From: Rhodospirillales bacterium
GTDB taxonomy: Bacteria; Pseudomonadota; Alphaproteobacteria; Rhodospirillales; UBA2165
Assembly: GCA_022823235.1 (NCBI GenBank)
Contig: JAJDXO010000045.1
Span: forward strand, 13,702 to 77,701
Direction: 5' to 3'
DNA: 64,000 nucleotides
Part shown: piece by piece, positions 1-7,911 of the stretch
Layout: each line of letters starts with the position of its first letter
Numbering within the stretch: position 1 is the first letter of the stretch
Made by a program: the position numbers and the translations under genes
Notes under the pieces: model-generated
The model's input: the letters and a program-made list of their open reading frames with translations, nothing else
Database searches by the model: none
Told to the model about the DNA's origin: nothing

Positions 1-97
1 CCGCGGCCGTCATGCCAAGGGTCGCGCGCAGGCCCGCGCCGCCGGCGCCGACGACGATGACGTCATGCTGGTGATCGATTATTTCGTAATCAGCCAT
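1..97 (-). CDS. sdhA: Succinate dehydrogenase flavoprotein subunit, first 32 codons only (gene runs off the left edge)
   Basis: Reverse complement of 1-97 reads MADYEIIDHQHDVIVVGAGGAGLRATLGMTAA, carrying the FAD-binding GxGxxG N-terminus typical of SdhA/FrdA. It lies 6 nt downstream of sdhD in the canonical sdhC-D-A order. It is truncated, so it is absent from the ORF track. Confidence 0.8.
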   Translation of the reverse strand, partial: MADYEIIDHQHDVIVVGAGGAGLRATLGMTAA

Positions 98-103
98 CGG
101 CCG

Positions 104-484
104 TTAGCCTCCGAAGGCGACGCGCAGGAGCGCGATGATGCAGGATACGCCCAGAATTACGGCGACGAACTTGTTCAGTATCAATACGACGGTCTTCGAG
201 CGTTCATTGTGGATGTAGTCTTCGAACACCACCTGCATGCCGAGCTGCATGTGGTGAAACAGGACGCCGACCAACAGGACCATGAGGATCAAGTTGTAGG
301 GCACGGTCAGCCAGGCCCGGAATTCGCCGAGATTCGCGCCGGCCAGTGAAACCGCCGCGAAAACGAACCAAATCCCCAACGGTACCAAAGCAACCGCGGT
401 CAACCGCTGTGCCCACCAATGGCCGGTGCCTTCCTTGGCCGAGCCAAGTCCCCGGACCCGCGCAAGATCGGTTTGCAAACTCAT
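104..484 (-). CDS. sdhD: Succinate dehydrogenase hydrophobic membrane anchor subunit
   Basis: 126-aa ORF with three hydrophobic helices. The N-terminus (LGSAKEGTGHWWAQRLTAVAL) is typical of alphaproteobacterial SdhD. It abuts sdhC (stop 485-487, start 482-484). Confidence 0.85.
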   Translation of the reverse strand: MSLQTDLARVRGLGSAKEGTGHWWAQRLTAVALVPLGIWFVFAAVSLAGANLGEFRAWLTVPYNLILMVLLVGVLFHHMQLGMQVVFEDYIHNERSKTVVLILNKFVAVILGVSCIIALLRVAFGG

Positions 485-883
485 CTATCCCGCCCCCCCG
501 GCCGTGTTCCAAACAACCGCCCAGGTGATCGCCGTCAGGACGGCCGCGCCGACAACCACCGTCCAGCCCGAGGCGCGAACCTGGCTCAACTCGAAGCCCA
601 TTCCCGCATCCCAAAACAGGTGGCGGATGCCGTTGAGCAGATGGTAGAAGAGCGCGAACGTCCATCCCGCCAGCAGTACAACGCCAACCCATGTTCCAAG
701 AACCGCCTGGGCGCGCGCAAACGCGTCCGCCCCATATCCGGCGGCATTCAGCCAATAGGCAAAAACAATGGCGCCGACCGCCAGTCCCACACCGGTGATC
801 CGGTGGAGAATGGAGAGAACCGAAGTGATTTGCCAGCGATAGACTTGAAGATGGGGAGAGAGCGGACGGTTATCCGTAGCCAT
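485..883 (-). CDS. sdhC: Succinate dehydrogenase cytochrome b556 subunit
   Basis: 132-aa ORF starting MATDNRPLSPHLQVYRWQITSVLSILHRITG, the conserved SdhC N-terminal motif with the heme-ligand His. First gene of the sdhCDA order. Confidence 0.85.
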   Translation of the reverse strand: MATDNRPLSPHLQVYRWQITSVLSILHRITGVGLAVGAIVFAYWLNAAGYGADAFARAQAVLGTWVGVVLLAGWTFALFYHLLNGIRHLFWDAGMGFELSQVRASGWTVVVGAAVLTAITWAVVWNTAGGAG

Positions 884-1128
884 GGAGGGTGCCCTGACAT
901 GCTGCGCATTCCGCCCGGGGCGGCGGAAAATTTGGTTTAGACCCTCGCCTCGGGCAAGTCAACGCGCCTCGCCGGGCCGTTTGTTGGCGAATGCAATGAC
1001 GTCCCCTCATATGGTCAGCGGTGCTTGTCGCGTCAAAAAAATGATGATCGCGGGCCGCCGACACAAATCGATCAGCCCGCGGTAAGGCGTTGAAAGGAAA
1101 TACTTTTGGTTTTCTGTGTGAGCAGGCC

Positions 1129-1177
1129 TGTGGATAAGTTGTGAACGTTTTGTGCAAATACAGCCAAATTATACACA
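1129..1177. promoter_or_regulatory. DnaA-box-like 9-mers inside a visibly AT-rich island (about 1090-1260): TGTGGATAA at 1129-1137 (perfect complement of TTATCCACA) and TTATACACA at 1169-1177 (one mismatch)
   Basis: Read directly from the sequence. The island sits upstream of sdhC, so it must also hold the sdh promoter. DnaA binding is an inference from the consensus only. Confidence 0.4.
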
Positions 1178-1259
1178 GAAAATTTCAAGAATTGATCTGG
1201 TTTTTATTGAAAGTTTCATTTGATGTTCGCAGAATACTTTTCGTACGCGATAGCGTTTC

Positions 1260-1930
1260 CGTCGCGATCTGCGGTGTGGCTGTCGGACCTTCGGGCCGGA
1301 CGGCGGCACCCCGAATGGCCTTCGGGCCGGGCGGAAGTTGGGATTTCCGGTCTTCGGGTCGGGACTCCCGGCGAGGATTGCGAGACCGGATCCAAACGAT
1401 GCCTCGGTATCGGTTGAGGTTCGGGCAGGCGGACGAAGGCTGCGTGCGGCGGGGCCGCCCTGGTGGCTCAGCCGGCGTCGAAAGGCGCAGGATCGGAGGC
1501 CGACCGCCGCGAGGCGGACCGGGGTCGGGTCCAGCGACATTCGGCAAGGGTGCCGCCGCGGACGATGTCCTCCGGTGGTTCGTCGTGTCGAGAGATGGGA
1601 CGGGCACGTACGGGTCAGGGTTCTTGCCCTCGCAAGGAACGCTGACCGCCGGGAATGTCAGAGACGGCCTGCCGTCGATGTTCGCTCCCGGGACGTGGGT
1701 GTCCAGCCGGTTTTGAGGCTCGGCGAGCCGAGGGAAAGGCGGAAGACGGGTGCCGGCAACGGCGTCCGTATGAGGCCGGACCCGGCTGCAGCGACCGTAT
1801 CGATCTCTCTCCCAAGGGTAAATCGATGGTCAACGCAGATGGAGTGGAAGGGCGTTATCGTGTGCGTGGAGCCTGGCCGGCTCTACGAGGCGTCAGGAGT
1901 GCCGCCTACGCGGTGCGCTACATAAGGATC
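1260..1930. ncRNA. Candidate large structured non-coding region of unknown identity; alternatively a REP/BIME-like hairpin array or a decayed gene
   Basis: No ORF with plausible protein composition in 884-2140. All six-frame ORFs there are Arg/Gly/Pro-rich and mutually overlapping. The block is GC-rich and holds many stable hairpins, e.g. a 13-bp stem at 1614-1646. Strand and boundaries are unknown. Confidence 0.25.
1282..1369 (+). repeat. Three consecutive TTCG-capped hairpins with related arms
   Basis: 1282-1301 is imperfect, with a TTCG loop. 1317-1328 is GGCC-TTCG-GGCC. 1340-1369 is GGGATTTCCGGTC-TTCG-GGTCGGGACTCCC, with 12 of 13 positions paired including G-U pairs. A fourth TTCGGGC motif lies near 1419. 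Spacing of the first three is about 31 bp. Confidence 0.5.
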
Positions 1931-2067
1931 CCAGGCCTTGTGTACCTGACGCCTCTTTCATATCCAATTCGATTTCGGGGTTCAATAATCTTTGTAGGGC
2001 TGATTCAGTATTGGAATCAGCAACTTGCGGCTATTGGCCCCAAACAATTATGAAGTTGTCCCGAGGT

Positions 2068-2076
2068 TTATCCACA
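2068..2076 (+). promoter_or_regulatory. Perfect DnaA-box 9-mer TTATCCACA, followed by a small hairpin CGCCC-TGC-GGGCG
   Basis: Read directly. It lies in the non-coding DNA 65 nt beyond the dctM stop, in inverted orientation to the box at 1129-1137. Confidence 0.35.
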
Positions 2077-2140
2077 GCACTCGCCCTGCGGGCGCGGCGA
2101 CGAGAGGCGCAACGCCGCCGCCGCTGCTTGAGCACCAGTA

Positions 2141-3586
2141 TCAGCCAATCTTGCTCGGCAGCCAGACCGCAACCTCCGGCATGGCGATGAGCAGCGCGAG
2201 TACGAACAGCTCGATCAGGATGAAAGGCATGGCCGAACGGATCACATGCCCGATGGGTACATCGAAAGGCGCGATCCCCTTCATCACGTAGAGCAGCAGA
2301 CCGAATGGCGGCGTGAGGAGGCTGATCTCCATGGTAATCAGCATCAGCACCATCAGCCAGACGACATCGATCTCGAACACCACCTGCAGCGACTGTGCGC
2401 CGAGCAGGAAGAACGGCAGGGTGAGGAGCAGCATGCTCACCTGATCCATGAACGCGCCGAGAAACAGCAGGACCAGCATCATCATGATCACGACCTGAAG
2501 CCGGGTGAGCTCCAGGGCGGCAATTGCCGTCAAAAGGCCGTCGGTCGCGCCCGAGTTGGTCAACGCCTGTGCGAATACCAATGAACCGGCAATGATGAAC
2601 AGGATCATGGTGTTCACCTTGGCGGTCTCCATCAGCGCCTTGGCGATGGCGCGCCAGGTGAAATCCGCGCCGTCGATCCCGGTGATGGTGATGACGTTCT
2701 TGAACAGCCGGAAAAAATAGCAGGCGCCGAAGGCAGCAAGACTGCCCAGTGCGGCGGCTTCGGTCGGCGCGGCGATCTTGAAGAAGATCGATCCGACCAC
2801 GACGATGAAGATGATGAACAACGGCAGGATATAGAGAACGAACGGCAGGACGCGGTTCAGAAGCTTCAATCCGGGGCCGCGATAGGTCCAACTGGCGATC
2901 GCCCGACCCTTACGGTTGAGCGCCACCGTAATCGGCAGTTCAAGGGCGCTCTCGTCCGGGGCATAGCTGGGCGCCAGCGACGGATTGATGGTGCAGCGAA
3001 TGATCACATAGGCAAAGAACAGCATCGCCATCAGAAAACCGGGAATAATTCCGGCGATCAGCAGCTGAGCAACACTCTGCTCGGCAATGCTCGCCAACAG
3101 CACAGCCAATGCCGACGGCGGGATCAGCATGGCGATGCCGCCGACGGCCATAATCGGACCCATGGCGATGGACGGCTGATAGCCCCGCTTGATCATATCC
3201 GGTAGGAGCACTGATCCCAGAATGGCCGTGTTGGCGATGGTCGACCCGGAGAGCGACGAAAACACCGTGCCGCCGACGATGGAGACCACCGACAAACGAC
3301 CCGGCACCCGGGAGATCAGCCGGTCGATGGCCCCGATCGCCTTAAAGGCCACGCCGGTCTGGAGCAATATTTCTCCCATCAACAAGAAGAGCGCGATGGG
3401 CGCGAGACCGAAGGTGATCGCGTTGTGGAACTCCATGGGCATGAACACGAGACCAATGTCGCCGCCGATAAAGATAAACGTGCCGATCACATTTGCGGTG
3501 AAGAACGCCAGGGCGACGGGCAATCCCAGGAACATCGCCAGACAGACGGTCCCAAGGAGGAGAATGAGGGCGAGATACCACTCCAT
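2141..3586 (-). CDS. dctM: TRAP transporter large permease subunit (DctM family)
   Basis: Polytopic membrane protein with DctM-like segments (GRLSVVSIVGGTVFSSLSGSTIANTA, ISLLTPPFGLLLYV). The start is taken at ATG 3584-3586 (MEWYLAL), 1 nt after the dctQ stop. The ORF-track start at 3610 would overlap dctQ. Confidence 0.85.
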   Translation of the reverse strand: MEWYLALILLLGTVCLAMFLGLPVALAFFTANVIGTFIFIGGDIGLVFMPMEFHNAITFGLAPIALFLLMGEILLQTGVAFKAIGAIDRLISRVPGRLSVVSIVGGTVFSSLSGSTIANTAILGSVLLPDMIKRGYQPSIAMGPIMAVGGIAMLIPPSALAVLLASIAEQSVAQLLIAGIIPGFLMAMLFFAYVIIRCTINPSLAPSYAPDESALELPITVALNRKGRAIASWTYRGPGLKLLNRVLPFVLYILPLFIIFIVVVGSIFFKIAAPTEAAALGSLAAFGACYFFRLFKNVITITGIDGADFTWRAIAKALMETAKVNTMILFIIAGSLVFAQALTNSGATDGLLTAIAALELTRLQVVIMMMLVLLFLGAFMDQVSMLLLTLPFFLLGAQSLQVVFEIDVVWLMVLMLITMEISLLTPPFGLLLYVMKGIAPFDVPIGHVIRSAMPFILIELFVLALLIAMPEVAVWLPSKIG

Positions 3587-3587
3587 C

Positions 3588-4118
3588 TCAGAGCCCCGCC
3601 TCCGAGCCATGAGCGTCGCCGGCCGGCTTCAAGACGCGTCGTTCCCTGAACCTCATCAGGAACTCGACCGCCAGCAGGGCCATTGAAACGGCGAAAAATG
3701 TCACCACGATCCAATTGGGAATCCGCACATCCTTGTCCGGCAACGTCATGTCGATGAATTCGCCGATGCCCGCACGGCTGCCGTAGATGCACAGCAGCAA
3801 ACAAAGGGCAAACCCGAAGAGGTTGATGAAACCGTCGAGCCTTTTGGAGGCATCCGGTGACAGGGAAGTGGTGACAATATCGACTTTGACGTGGGCGCCC
3901 TGCTGAAGCACCCACGGCGCGCCGGCAAATACGCCGAAGAACAGGGCGAACTCGATGGACTCGTTCAGCCACCAGATGCTGCCTATTCCGGCCTTGATGA
4001 TGAACAGATTGAGGGGAATCAGAATTGCGATCAGACCGATGGAAACGGCCACCAGCGCGGCAAGGAATATGGTCAGGCGGAGGTAAAGTGTCTCGAAATT
4101 ATCGAGTGCGGTCTTCAT
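3588..4118 (-). CDS. dctQ: TRAP transporter small permease subunit (DctQ family)
   Basis: About 176 aa with four hydrophobic helices, positioned between dctP and dctM. ATG at 4116-4118; the track start at 4121 is a TTG one codon upstream. Confidence 0.8.
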   Translation of the reverse strand: MKTALDNFETLYLRLTIFLAALVAVSIGLIAILIPLNLFIIKAGIGSIWWLNESIEFALFFGVFAGAPWVLQQGAHVKVDIVTTSLSPDASKRLDGFINLFGFALCLLLCIYGSRAGIGEFIDMTLPDKDVRIPNWIVVTFFAVSMALLAVEFLMRFRERRVLKPAGDAHGSEAGL

Positions 4119-4211
4119 CAAGCGCCCCGAGGCTTAATTCGACATCCAGGAAAGCGAAAAGCGGAAATGCAGATCGCGTCTACATTTCCACTTTTCGGTG
4201 GTCCGGTCGGC

Positions 4212-5198
4212 TCAACGGAAGAGCTTTTCCAGCGCCTTGCCGTGCTTTGGCGAACGCTGCAGAACCTCTTTCCAGGCTTCGTTATTCGCGGCAGCGAGCC
4301 ACTTCTCGCGGTTGGCGCCTTTGAACTCGATGATCTCCATGCCGGCTTTGGCGCGGGTCTCCATCCCCTTCTTGAGACGCGCCTGAAGGGCAGGGTTGTT
4401 GATCGGCTCGGACGCGGCTTCAAACTCGAGGCCGATCTTGGTGAGGAAGTCGCGCTGCGCCTGGGTCAGGCTCTTCCATTTCTTGAGATTGACCAAAGTC
4501 TGCAAGGGTGACGTATAGAAACCGGGCTCGACCTGGTACTTGGTCACCTTGGCCCACGGCGGCACGAAGGCGCCCGCCGGCCAGCCGAAACCCTGAACCG
4601 TATTGTTTTCCATCAGGGTGTAGATCTGCGGCAGCGCGGCCGTCTGCACGGTTGCGCCCAGGGATTTGAAGAAGGCCGTATAGACCGGGGCAACCCGCAA
4701 GTTCAATCCCTTGAGGTCCGGTTTGTCGATCTTCTTGCTGAGCCAAAGATTGAACGGGCCAAAATCGCCGTGCCGAGCCACATAGTGAACGTTCTTGGCG
4801 TTCAGAAGCCTTTGGACGTAGTCGATGCCGCCGTTTTTGCGCAGTTCGGCGGCCGTCTTGCTGGAGAGCCGCAGGACCGGCGCTTCGGGGATGACGTTTC
4901 CATAATAGGCCTCGGTGCAGCCGACCACATCGTAGGCGCCCTTGGACATCTTCTGGGTCAAGGTGAACGGGCTGCCGATAGCCGGCGCGCCGCCCAACAG
5001 CTTGATTTGCATGACACCCTTGCCGCGTGCGTTGACCGCCTTGACGAGGGCCTCATAGGCGCTGGACGGCGGTGAACCAATGGGGAAGCAGCTGGCACCG
5101 CGCAGGGTAACCTCTGCGGAGTAAGCCGGCGCATGCACACCGAGGGACATCAGCGCAACCGCGCCAGCCCCAATTGCAAGCCCAAACGTTTTGTACAT
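4212..5198 (-). CDS. dctP: TRAP transporter substrate-binding protein (DctP family)
   Basis: Start at MYKTFGLAIGAGAVALMSLGVHAPAYS, a signal peptide, preceded by a GGAGG Shine-Dalgarno (ccagggaggaacgaaaATG on the minus strand). Size and context fit a DctP-type SBP. Confidence 0.8.
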   Translation of the reverse strand: MYKTFGLAIGAGAVALMSLGVHAPAYSAEVTLRGASCFPIGSPPSSAYEALVKAVNARGKGVMQIKLLGGAPAIGSPFTLTQKMSKGAYDVVGCTEAYYGNVIPEAPVLRLSSKTAAELRKNGGIDYVQRLLNAKNVHYVARHGDFGPFNLWLSKKIDKPDLKGLNLRVAPVYTAFFKSLGATVQTAALPQIYTLMENNTVQGFGWPAGAFVPPWAKVTKYQVEPGFYTSPLQTLVNLKKWKSLTQAQRDFLTKIGLEFEAASEPINNPALQARLKKGMETRAKAGMEIIEFKGANREKWLAAANNEAWKEVLQRSPKHGKALEKLFR

Positions 5199-5385
5199 TT
5201 TCGTTCCTCCCTGGAAATCTGAACTCTGAATTTCTTGCCGGCCTTCAACCTCGCGGGGGCGGGGTCTCAGCCCAAACACGGTGCGAGAATAGCATAGGCT
5301 TACACTTTGGCCACACCACGATTACACGGCAACCGCGCCGACAAACGTAATTTGCTTAAGGGCTTAGTGGCGGGAACGCATAAGA

Positions 5386-6531
5386 TCAGGCATGGCCCCA
5401 GGCACGCGCGGCGGTTTCGCCGATCAGTTCGAGCTTCCGCCACTGCTCATCTTCGGTGATCGCATTGCCGGCAATCCCGGAGGCAAACCCGCATTGAGGG
5501 CTGAGCGCCAGCTGGTCGGGATCGAAATACCGGCTCGCGTCGTCAATGCGATGGAGCAATTCCTCGACATCCTCCAAATCACCCCTTTTGGTGGTCACGA
5601 GACCAAGCACCACCTGAACCCCTTTTGGCACGAAACGCAGCGGCTCAAAACCGCCTGCCCGCTCCGTGTCGTATTCAAGCAGCAGCCGGTCGAACTCCAG
5701 GCGCCCGAACAGCGTTTCGGCGATGCCGTCATACGCCCCTTCCCGGTGCCACATGCTGGCCCGGTTGCCGCGGCAGATGTGGAGGCCGAATACCGCTTTT
5801 CCCCGGTAAGGTTCGACGACCGCGTTGGACGCATCGATGGCGCGGTTCAAATTGGCCATCGGATCCTCGCCACGGGCGGCTATTCGTTCCAGCGTCGGGC
5901 GATCGACGTAACCGGTGTAGCTGGGTTCATCCAACTGCACGTACGGACAGCCGGCCTCTACCAGCCCGCCGACGATCTCTCGCTCGACTTTAACGACGTC
6001 GGCCAGGAACGCATCCGACGTCTCGTAGTGCGGCTTCGATGCCTTGATATCGCACATCTGGGACACCCGATCCGGCCCCATGATCATCGCCTTTGCCGGT
6101 ACCGAGGCGACCTTGGTGAGATAGTGGTACTCCTTCAGCGGAAAATTCTCTACCAGGGCCAGCTTCGCATCCGCGGGCATTTTGAATGATTCAACGGCGT
6201 CCGCGCCGCGGCTGTGGGGGGTCTCACCCTCCATCACCAGGCTTGGATTGCGAACGAAGCCCTCAAGAGACCGGTCGGTCTGATCCCAGCCGTTCACGCG
6301 CGAGAAACTGACTTGCCAATTGAGACGCCGATACTCACCGTCGGTCACGACCTCCAGGCCGGCAGCCTCCTGCCGCGCGACAACGTCGTTTACCGCCCTG
6401 TCCTGTTCGTCGGCCAGTTCAGCTTCGGAGATTTCACCCCGGCCGAATTTCAGGAAGGCGTCAATGAGGGCGCGGGGGCGAAGCAGGCTGCCGACCTGGT
6501 CGGTTCGAATTCTCTTCAAATCAGCGGGCAT
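5386..6531 (-). CDS. Cobalamin-independent methionine synthase (MetE C-terminal domain)-like family protein, substrate unknown
   Basis: 381 aa. Carries MetE-catalytic-domain-like zinc-ligand motifs (GLHICRGN and LSPQCGFAS) and LDEPS. The ATG at 6529-6531 overlaps the upstream gene by 11 nt. Confidence 0.65.
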   Translation of the reverse strand: MPADLKRIRTDQVGSLLRPRALIDAFLKFGRGEISEAELADEQDRAVNDVVARQEAAGLEVVTDGEYRRLNWQVSFSRVNGWDQTDRSLEGFVRNPSLVMEGETPHSRGADAVESFKMPADAKLALVENFPLKEYHYLTKVASVPAKAMIMGPDRVSQMCDIKASKPHYETSDAFLADVVKVEREIVGGLVEAGCPYVQLDEPSYTGYVDRPTLERIAARGEDPMANLNRAIDASNAVVEPYRGKAVFGLHICRGNRASMWHREGAYDGIAETLFGRLEFDRLLLEYDTERAGGFEPLRFVPKGVQVVLGLVTTKRGDLEDVEELLHRIDDASRYFDPDQLALSPQCGFASGIAGNAITEDEQWRKLELIGETAARAWGHA

Positions 6532-7858
6532 AGCGGCTTTGGGGCCGGTTCAACTCCATATGCTCGCGGAGGGTTTCACCCTCGTACCCAACGCGGATCA
6601 GTCCACGGTCCTGGAGTTCGGGAATCAACAATTCGCAGAGATCATCAAAGTCTCCCGGCATGGTCAGCGGCTGCAGGATGAACCCGTCACACGCCTGCGC
6701 CTCGAACCATTCCTGCATGGTGTCGGCCACCTCGGTCACCGAACCGCGAATAGTCAACTTTCCATATGACCCTGCCAGCTTCTCGTACAGTTGGCGGATG
6801 GTCAGGTCCTCTTCATGGACAAGCTCCATGATCCCCCGAACCATGCCGTGATCGCCCCGGGGCCCGTCGAAGGGATCGGGTACTTTGTCGTCGGGATCAT
6901 GGTCGGAAAGGTCGAGGCCGAGAAGCGTGCCCACGTACGCAAGTCCGACTACCGGATGGACCAGCTCGGCCAGTTCGCGCTCTTTGTCCTCCGCCTCCGC
7001 CGTCGTCCTGCCGACGATCGCCGTCAACCCGGGCATGATCCGAAGCTCGTCGGGGCCCCGGTTGTAGCGCGTCATGCGCGACTTGATGTCGTCGTAGTGG
7101 GCCTGGGACTTTTCGAGGGTCAACTCACCGGAAAACACGCCCTCCGCCGTCGCCGCGGCCAGTTCCTTGCCGGAATCGGAGATACCCGCCTGGAAGATAA
7201 CCGGATAGCCCTGGGGCGGGCGGGGCACATTCAACGGCCCCCGGGACCTAAAGAAATCGCCCTCATGATTCAGTTTGTGTAGTCCATCGGGCCGGAAGAA
7301 CCGGCCTTCCGGCGCATCGTAGACGAAAGCATCATCGTCCCAGCTGTCCCACAGACCCTCGACCACCTCGACAAACTCCTTGGCTCGCCGGTAGCGGTCT
7401 TCGTGCTCGAAATGTTCGTCCCGGCCAAAGTTGAACGCCTCGGCGTGATTGCCCGACGTAACCACGTTCCACCCGGCCCGGCCCGCGGACAGGTGGTCGA
7501 GGGAGGCAAACCGCCGGGCAATATTGTAAGGCTCGTTGTAGCTGGTGGTCTGGGTGGCGACGAGACCAATCCGCTCCGTGACCATGGCCAATGACGCCAG
7601 CAACGTCGTCGGCTCGAAATACGCCGTGTATTGGGAAGAGCGGCTCAGGGGCTCGATATCGGTCTCCCGCACCGCCGCACTGTCGGCGAAGAAGATGAAG
7701 TCGAACCCGGCGCGCTCGGCGGCCTGGGCGCACTCCGAATAATGCCGGATGTTGATGCCGGCATCGGGCTGGCTGTCCGGATGCCGCCACGACGCAATAT
7801 GGTGGCCGGTGTTCTTGAAGAACATGCCCACATGCATGCGGTCCTGTCGGTCGCCCAT
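6521..7858 (-). CDS. LLM-class flavin-dependent monooxygenase (NtaA/SnaA/DszA-like)
   Basis: Start at MGDRQDRMHVGMFFKNTGHHIASWRHP, typical of this family's N-terminus. About 445 aa. The first 49 codons of the track ORF (to 8005) are Arg/Pro-rich and overlap asd, so I reject them. Confidence 0.75.
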   Translation of the reverse strand: MGDRQDRMHVGMFFKNTGHHIASWRHPDSQPDAGINIRHYSECAQAAERAGFDFIFFADSAAVRETDIEPLSRSSQYTAYFEPTTLLASLAMVTERIGLVATQTTSYNEPYNIARRFASLDHLSAGRAGWNVVTSGNHAEAFNFGRDEHFEHEDRYRRAKEFVEVVEGLWDSWDDDAFVYDAPEGRFFRPDGLHKLNHEGDFFRSRGPLNVPRPPQGYPVIFQAGISDSGKELAAATAEGVFSGELTLEKSQAHYDDIKSRMTRYNRGPDELRIMPGLTAIVGRTTAEAEDKERELAELVHPVVGLAYVGTLLGLDLSDHDPDDKVPDPFDGPRGDHGMVRGIMELVHEEDLTIRQLYEKLAGSYGKLTIRGSVTEVADTMQEWFEAQACDGFILQPLTMPGDFDDLCELLIPELQDRGLIRVGYEGETLREHMELNRPQSRYAR

Positions 7859-7911
7859 GGCGATTAACCCCCTAGTTTTAGGGAAGCATAACCTTGGGCG
7901 AACGGGTTGGT

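Noticed and set aside
1090-1260. The AT-rich island plus DnaA boxes as the chromosomal replication origin (oriC).
   Set aside because: Genes on both sides (sdhCDA to the left; the TRAP genes through ffh to the right, including rplS and rpsP) are all on the minus strand. There is no strand switch of the kind expected at an origin, and the ribosomal-protein genes would be head-on to a rightward fork. Only two or three boxes are present. It is kept as a regulatory or titration-site hypothesis only.
1260-1930. Assignment of the structured block to a known RNA family (RNase P RNA, two-piece tmRNA, cobalamin or other riboswitch, group I/II intron).
   Set aside because: I looked for the conserved cores: the GAGGAAAGTCCGGGC-type P4 strand, a tRNA-like T-arm with a tag ORF, the B12 box, and intron domain V or an IEP ORF. 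I found no convincing match, so the identity is left open.
1141-2053. ORFs of 120-195 aa in the sdhC-dctM gap (1141-1716, 1338-1925, 1655-2053, 1185-1607 and others).
   Set aside because: They overlap one another in several frames. They have Arg/Gly/Pro-dominated, low-complexity composition, no Shine-Dalgarno context I could see, and no recognisable domain. I treat the region as non-coding.
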